A program made the position numbers and the translations under genes. This document shows, piece by piece, positions 59,231 to 64,000 of a stretch of 64,000 nt of DNA. Origin of the DNA: Leucoraja erinacea (lineage: Eukaryota); contig NC_073389.1 of NCBI RefSeq assembly GCF_028641065.1, positions 25,296,001-25,360,000 of the forward strand, given 5' to 3'. Positions within the stretch are counted from its first letter, which is position 1. Each line of letters begins with the position of its first letter. The notes under the pieces were generated by a model. It did no database searches and had not been told where the DNA came from. It saw only the letters and a list, made by a program, of their open reading frames with translations.

Positions 59231-60539
59231 GATACCTTATACTTTTGTAGTCTCCTGCAGAGTTCAATTGCAAATTATATCCCAATATATTTGTATTCAC
59301 GACATAATTCAGGGTTTACATTATGCAGTAACACTGACTGTACTGTAGAAGAAACTAAAAGATCTATATGTTGCTCGTGTCATAATGTCACAAAATAATT
59401 TATAGCTAATTGTTACTATTGTTATTGATAAATCCTGCAGTCCATTTGCATGCTGAAAGCTCTTACAATTAGTAATGTTGGAATATTAGATAATTAATTT
59501 TACTGGGATTAATTGAGGAATAATATTAGCTAAGCAATCGGGGTGAACTACACTGTTCCACTTTGATGTATACTATTCGATGTTTTATGTCCATCTGATT
59601 GTGTTGGTTTATATTCTCATCTGATAACGTGACGATCTGGGGGCATTCATGTATAATATGTAAACTAATTTTAAAGGTATAATTAATCTTATAGGTATCT
59701 TTTAGGTATAACAAAATCATCACATATGTTGGTTTGCCTTGGTATTCAACTAGAAAAAAATACATTCTCATTTAGAGGGTGCTAATGTCATGTAGATATT
59801 ATTTTTGTTATAGCTAACAGCATTCCCAGTGCAGACAAATGTACACCCCAAGGGAATTGGTACAAGCATAATCAGTCCTTATGTAGATCAGTACTGGGAG
59901 ATTAAGCAGTCACGAAAAAAAATATCAGTGCACCTCCAAAGTGTAATTCCTGCATTAGACTTGTTCTTGACTGTGAAAAAGTCCATTGATAAAAGCAGCA
60001 GAGATGGCAGAAATCAGCCCTACATGTCAGGCCCGAGTAAAGGCTCAGCAAATGCCTTTGAGCGGATATTGTCAAGTCAAATCGAGTATACCGTCATGTG
60101 TGCAGGCATGGTGAGCCACGGATACAATGAAAACTTTGCTTGCAGCAGCATCACTGGCACATTGACTCAGACAACATGTAAAAACATAGATTAGACATAA
60201 ATTCTACTAGATAGTGAAAAGAAAAAGACTGCAAAATCAAGACATCAATGCAAAACACAATGGGAAAACAAGCAGGAAAATAATCCATGGTAGTGACAGG
60301 TCAGCTCAGAGAATGAGAGTAGAAGAGAACAGACAGCATCAAACAAATAGTTTGCTCAGCTCAAAAGCAGTTGCTCAAAGCTGATTTTAAAGTAAAAGAG
60401 TCTGTAGCACAGTGTGACAGATTGGGTGTAAAATGAAAAAACAGAGAAGTTTGGATTTGTGCGGCATTCCTATGGTGGGAAAGGAAAGAAAATGGCTGCT
60501 CTAGAATATGCAAGCTGCTCCATAGGCAGCCTGTGGTGC

Positions 60540-61150
60540 ATAACAAGGCTTGTGAATCATTAATATCCAAGATGAACAGAATGGAGATGCTTTTCGTGGC
60601 TGATATATGATATGGAGGACAGTGCTGAGAACACATAGTTATTGAATATTGCAGGATGGGAACAAGGGAGTTTAATTTTACTTCTTGAAATCAGCTCAGA
60701 ATTGTATTGCATACTCTAACTTAGTGGCTTCTCACAAAGCTGAAGATACCCAATTTGCAGAGGTAGTACATAAATTAAAGGGGTACTTCAATCCGTAGCT
60801 ATACATTCAGTGCATGCAATCAGAAAATGGTAGAACAGTTATGATTATATTGTCAGACAGTAATATTGGAATGTTTGTTGATTGCCAATTGAGAGACAGG
60901 TCTCTGTGTTGTTTTGGGGATGAATGAATTCAGCCATACATTTGATTTGGCCTGTGGGATTAAAACGTCCATGAAGATGGCAGCCAAAAAAATTATGAGA
61001 GTTCCATCCTTTACCAGTTGTATATGTAATTGCAGCCTACACTTACACTTCCCAAATCTTTGACCCTTAAACAGCAGAAGCATTGTGTGATTCCAAGTGG
61101 CACCCTGTTACCATTGTTCTGCAAGGAGTGTCATAAAGAATATCCCATAT
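60540..61150 (+). mobile_element. Gypsy LTR-retrotransposon gag remnant
   Basis: Broken peptides RMEMLFVADI, LVASHKAEDTQFAEVVHKLKGYFNP, QSENG, QLRDR, and zinc-knuckle-like CKECHK; no LTRs seen. Confidence 0.5.
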
Positions 61151-61235
61151 GTTTAATTGTCATATGTACAAGCAATGGTACAATTAAATTCATAATTGCT
61201 ACAGTTTTACTGGCCCATAAATGCAATAATACATA

Positions 61236-61372
61236 AATATTTTCCCTTTCTTGTCCCCAACCACCCCCGCCCCCGATCAGTCTGAAGAAGGGTTTCGGCC
61301 CGAAACGTTGCCTATTCCTTCGCTCCATAGATGCTGCTGCACCCGCTGAGTTTCTCCAGCGTTTTTTGTGTA
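61236..61372 (+). mobile_element. Penelope pLTR mini-insertion flanked by a ~130-bp duplication
   Basis: Intact core CTGAAGAAGGGTTTCGGCCCGAAACGTT at 61282-61309; flanks 61102-61235 and 61373-61497 are direct repeats. Confidence 0.88.
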
Positions 61373-61544
61373 ACCCTGTTACCATTGTTCTGCGAGGAGT
61401 GTCATAAAGAATATCCCATTGTCATATGTACAAGCAATGGTACAATTAAATTCATACTTGCTACAGTTTTACTGGCCCATAAATGCAATAATACATACAA
61501 TAAGTATACTATAATCAATAATACAATAAATTACGAGTACATTC

Positions 61545-61830
61545 AAGTGCTCTCCCGAGTTTAAAAAAAATCAAACTCGTGGTAAGCACGTAGAATGTAC
61601 GTAGCGGGTACGTTGGAGCTCGGGGACGTCTCTTAATGGCTTGTAACGCTAACGGCAAGTACTCGGGAAATGCGGTAACCTTGAGAAGACTCGTGAAGAT
61701 TTTTCAACATGTTGAAAAATGTCTACGAGAGCCCGAGTACCCATGAGTGGCCATTACCGTAAATCTCCGAGTTCGAATCAGGGCAAACTCGGGAGAACTC
61801 TTGAATTAACTCATACAGTGGGACAGGGCT
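61545..61830. mobile_element. PIF/Harbinger-like MITE fragment
   Basis: CpG-rich repetitive body ending agtgggacagggct followed by TAA; left TIR not seen; sits in a Rex-type tail. Confidence 0.55.
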
Positions 61831-62424
61831 TAACAAGACCATTATTGTGCAAAACTGGTCTGTAGTGCAATCAAAGCAATGTCCATAGTAAATCATAAAT
61901 GCTGCAGTAGGGTTGTGGTTAGAATTAAGCAGTTTTCAAGGGCCTGTTGGTTGTAGGGATTAATATCCACATAGCAGAGTCTTGTTTCCAGTTAGCTTGT
62001 TTCCCTGGCCATTGAACCATGTTGGTGGTTTGTATGCAACGGCCACCCCACATAGGCAATCTCCACTATGTGTATTGTGCTAAGCAAAAGGGCACTGCAA
62101 ATTTTGTCACAAAAATGTGGCAGTCCTTTTAAAAAGACTTTCAAAAATAATTTAACTTCTTGAAGAAAAACTTGTTAGTTGCTGACAACACTACAACTAG
62201 TCAGATTTGTGGAGGACGCTTTTCAATTTCTCTTGGTGGCCAAAAGATATTGCTCAGTATATTAAAATACAGGGAATATAAGGACACTGAATAAAGTTGT
62301 GCTGTCTGTATTTTTCTTAAGATGCAATCTGTTGTAAAGTTTGTTTGTCTTTGAATTGTCTATCATAGAATGCTGTGCTTTCTATGTCAGCATCTCAGTC
62401 AAAATTTATCCTCGCAAACAAAAT

Positions 62425-62642
62425 GGATAGCAGACACTATAAACTGCAGATGCTGGAACCTTGAGCAAAAATCAAACAGTTGGAGGAACTCTGCAGGTCA
62501 GGCAGCATCTGTAGGAGGAAATAGACAGATGTCGTTTCGGATCGGAACCCTTCTTCAGACTGAAGAAGCGTCTCAACCCAAAACCTCATTTCCATCCAGA
62601 GATGCTGCCTGACCCATTAATTGCTCTCGCACTTTGTTTTTT
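62425..62642. mobile_element. Palindromic Penelope pLTR insertion (older)
   Basis: Junction ttcttcag-a-ctgaagaa at 62551-62567; candidate TSD aaacaaaat (62416-62424, 62643-62651). Confidence 0.75.
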
Positions 62643-64000
62643 AAACAAAATATGCAATTGGAGATATATTAAGATTTAATCTTCCAACTGATGAGACATA
62701 AGTAGTGAAGAGACTAGTTGAACAAGGATTTTGCTGCCAAATAGATACAATATGAACTCAAATGCTTTTTTGCCAGATCTAAGTATTTCACTGAATTCCT
62801 GCCCATCTCGTGAAAGGATAGCAACACCTCTCAAAAAACAGTATATTTTATGCAGTCCAATAAACTTATTTTAGGAGATTATTGGTATTGAATATGCTCA
62901 TTAAAAAAAACATGTATGCTCTTAATATTCTGTGAGTTTTTGCTATAATGCAATAATGTGTCTGCAGGGCAATTTATAAAACAATTTTTCACAATAACAA
63001 ACAACCGTTAGTGTTCGGAAATAGCGAGAAATTATATCAATATTAGCAATAAGCCAAAATTGTAAATCCAGGTTCAGCTAGGTCAATAAAGGTAACTAAC
63101 CACTAGACTGATCTTGAAATAGAACAGTTTATATAGATGTTATAGATATTTGTCCATCTTTTTGATTATATCAGACCATTGAGATAAGCAAATAGGCAAA
63201 AATCCGTTGGAAGTTAGGATGTCATCCATTAACATATCTTAACGTGGCCAAGGAGCCTGATTGTAGATTCATGCAGTCTTTGGCATATACTGTATTAGTG
63301 GTCCGTGTAGTGACATTTGCAGCTGTGGGCTAATCCTTTCTGCTTTCTCTGCCATTACTGTTCTACCTCAACATTGAATCCTTAAACCTTAAAATGGCAT
63401 GTGCAAACAGAACAGTTAGCAGTTCGCTTCTCCCAGTTGTTGGTATAAATGCCTCCATGATTGAGGATCATATTGTGAGTTCCTTTTTGACTGCCTTTTT
63501 AATGATGGCCAATGGTGAGCTGGGTGAAGAAAACAGGGCGAGGAAAAAAGATCCCGGGCATCTGAATCCAATGTTGTATCCATTTGATTTTGGTCCTCAA
63601 GGGCAAGATGCCAATGCTGGTTGATGCAACTTCAGCGAGGATGGTTGGACTAGTGGCCTTTGTATTTGATTGTCAGGATTCAATACAAGCACCACGAGTA
63701 GAATCCCTCAAGGGTGTCAAAGTGGTGTTGGACAAACAAATAAATTGGGGCCTTCATCAACTTCCCAAGATGAAGATGGATCATCACAGTTTGAAGAAAG
63801 TGTTGATCCAGTGCTGGACTTCTTTTTGTAAATACTCCAGAGCTACCTGTTCCATGACATGAGCAATGATTAGCTGCATGCTGTTGGAGAACCTTTATCT
63901 TGGTAATTTTCAGGGACTGGCCAAGATTCTCATGGAAGAGACCCAGCAGCCCTTGTGCAAAGTGAGCCATCAGGCTGCAGGGTCTGCTAACTGCAGGGTG

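Noticed and set aside
63200-64000. ORFs 63394..63970 as a gene or defined element
   Set aside because: Possibly an old LINE remnant, but I found no diagnostic motif to support a call.

Overview
Vertebrate genomic DNA, most likely a cartilaginous fish (skate/ray/shark), inferred from HE1-type V-SINEs, abundant CR1 LINEs and Penelope-like elements. The only host-gene sequence I can support is the first coding exon of CASK (minus strand, 43705..43647, MADDDVLFEDVYELCEVIG(K), GT donor) with its CpG-island promoter (~43800-44550). Everything at lower coordinates is therefore probably CASK intron 1 (>43 kb; I did not find exon 2) and everything above ~44.6 kb is upstream/intergenic. Nearly all ORFs in the track are fragments or antisense shadows of transposable elements: CR1, Rex1/Babar, RTE, Penelope-like (RT + GIY-YIG), Tc1, Tigger/pogo-like MITEs, hAT and Harbinger fragments, a Gypsy gag remnant and tRNA-derived SINEs, often nested. 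The most notable observation is a 144-bp retroposon (17817-17960, minus strand, perfect 10-bp TSD, (AAG)n tail) whose first 54 nt fold into a minimal HDV/CPEB3-like self-cleaving ribozyme, in the sense direction of the CASK pre-mRNA. There are also about 15 minimal hammerhead-ribozyme motifs in Penelope pseudo-LTRs, several in tiny or palindromic insertions with their own TSDs, and an isolated ~140-bp near-loopless palindrome. Repeat boundaries were read by eye and are approximate unless a TSD or TIR is quoted; ribozyme activity is inferred from structure, not demonstrated.
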